A stretch of 64,000 bases of DNA, taken from Alphaproteobacteria bacterium (lineage in GTDB: Bacteria > Pseudomonadota > Alphaproteobacteria > SMXP01). The first letter of the stretch is position 1. Every line of letters begins with the position of its first letter. The position numbers and the translations under genes were made by a program. Under the pieces are notes generated by a model, which was not told where the DNA came from, made no database searches, and saw nothing but the letters and a program-made list of their open reading frames with translations. Below, one piece after another: positions 62,841 to 64,000 of this stretch. Location: positions 516,916-580,915 of the forward strand of contig OZ243948.1 of NCBI GenBank assembly GCA_965214255.1, read 5' to 3'.

Positions 62841-64000
62841 ATGCCCGGCCATACCGAACGCGATTTCGAAGCGGCGATCGAAGCCGAACTGACCGGCTCC
62901 GGCGGTTACGAAAAGCGCAATCCGGACGCCTTCGACGAGTCCCTCGCCCTCTTTCCCGACGACGTTTGCGGCTTCCTCGAAGACAGCCAACCGGCCAAAT
63001 GGCACGCGCTTGAGGCGCTGCTGGGGGCGAAGACCGCCGCCGCGGTTTTGGACGACCTGTCCAAGGAACTCGAGATCAAGGGCGCGCTGCACGTCCTGCG
63101 CCACGGTTTCAAGTGTTACGGCAAGACGCTCCGCATGGCGTATTTCCGTCCCAACACGAGCATGAATCCGCAAGCCGCCGAGAATTACGCCGCCAACCGG
63201 CTGACGATCACGCGGCAAGTGGCCTTCGCTTCGGTCATGAAGACGGCGGAGGGCAAGCCCCGCCGCTGCGTCATCGACGTGACCCTTGCCGTCAACGGCA
63301 TCCCGGTCGTCACCGCCGAACTCAAAAATCCGCTGACCGGGCAGCGCGCCGCCGACGCGATACGCCAGTACCAGGACGACCGCGACGGGCGCGACCTGTT
63401 GTTCGCGTTCAAGAAGCGCGCCCTGGTTCACTTCGCGGTGGACCCGGACGAGGTGTGGATGACGACCCGGTTGAGAGGACGGGAGACCGACTTCCTGCCC
63501 TTCAACCGCGGCAACGACCATGGGAGCGGCAATCCGCCGGTCGAGGGCAATTGGAAGACCCATTACCTTTGGGACGAGGTTCTGCAGGCGGACAGCCTCA
63601 TCGAAATACTGCAGCGCTTCATGCACCTCGAAAAGAAGGAAAAGCGGGTCGAGACCGGCAACGGCGCGCGCGCCGCAAGCAAGGAGACGATGATCTTCCC
63701 GCGCTATCACCAACTCGACGCAGTCCGCAAGCTCGTCGCCCACACCAAAGCCAACGGCGCGGGACGGAACTACCTGATCCAGCACTCCGCCGGTTCCGGC
63801 AAATCGAACTCGATCGCCTGGCTCGCCCACCGTCTGGCCGGCCTGCACGACGAGGGCGACGAGAAGGTGTTTCACTCGGTCGTTGTCGTCACCGACCGGC
63901 GCGTGCTCGACCGGCAGTTGCAGAACACGATCTACCAGTTCGAGCACAAGACCGGCGTGGTCGAGAAGATCGACGAGGACACGAAGCAGCTCGCCGCGGC
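62841..64000 (+). CDS. hsdR: Type I restriction enzyme R subunit HsdR, N-terminal part (3' end outside window)
   Basis: Own translation from the ATG at 62841 reads 'MPGHTERDFEAAIEAELTGSGGYEKRN...'. It later contains the helicase motif I 'LIQHSAGSGKSNSIAWLAHRL'. No stop before the window end. The ORF is absent from the track because it is open-ended. Confidence 0.8.
   Translation, partial: MPGHTERDFEAAIEAELTGSGGYEKRNPDAFDESLALFPDDVCGFLEDSQPAKWHALEALLGAKTAAAVLDDLSKELEIKGALHVLRHGFKCYGKTLRMAYFRPNTSMNPQAAENYAANRLTITRQVAFASVMKTAEGKPRRCVIDVTLAVNGIPVVTAELKNPLTGQRAADAIRQYQDDRDGRDLLFAFKKRALVHFAVDPDEVWMTTRLRGRETDFLPFNRGNDHGSGNPPVEGNWKTHYLWDEVLQADSLIEILQRFMHLEKKEKRVETGNGARAASKETMIFPRYHQLDAVRKLVAHTKANGAGRNYLIQHSAGSGKSNSIAWLAHRLAGLHDEGDEKVFHSVVVVTDRRVLDRQLQNTIYQFEHKTGVVEKIDEDTKQLAA

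Overview
The window reads as a chromosomal segment from an alphaproteobacterium (Rhizobiales/Rhodospirillales-type gene order). GC content rises from about 50% at the left end to about 65-67% at the right end.

Positions 1 to about 57000 are core housekeeping genes in conserved order. They run from a 5'-truncated cdsA through the lipid A cluster (lpxD, lpxA, lpxI, lpxB, with no fabZ between lpxD and lpxA), then gltA, gltX, comEC, lexA with SOS boxes, moeA, moaC, trpCDG and trpE, ppiD, tpiA, secG and pyrG. pyrG is split by an apparent +1 frameshift. Next come mug, kdsA, rpmF, eno, ftsB, pdhA, pdhB, pdhC, lpd, lipA, a RatA-like SRPBCC gene, cinA-C, pgpA, ispDF, ntrYX, trkAH, dat, hfq, hflX, mazG, an MBL hydrolase, tatD, holB, tmk, dacC and rlpA.

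The right end (about 57000 to 64000) looks accessory. On the minus strand it holds a three-gene module: a small resolvase-type HTH protein, a divergent ferredoxin-dependent bilin-reductase (FDBR)-like protein, and an HTH-plus-membrane-domain protein. Upstream of that module lies a roughly 5-copy tandem array of a 104-bp hairpin-containing repeat. A divergent type I restriction-modification operon (hsdM-hsdS-hsdR) follows, in which hsdM is interrupted by a frameshift exactly at a G10 homopolymer, which suggests phase variation. hsdR runs off the window end.

No rRNA, tRNA or CRISPR was identified. All calls rest on motif recognition in the supplied translations and on known synteny; nothing could be searched or computed.
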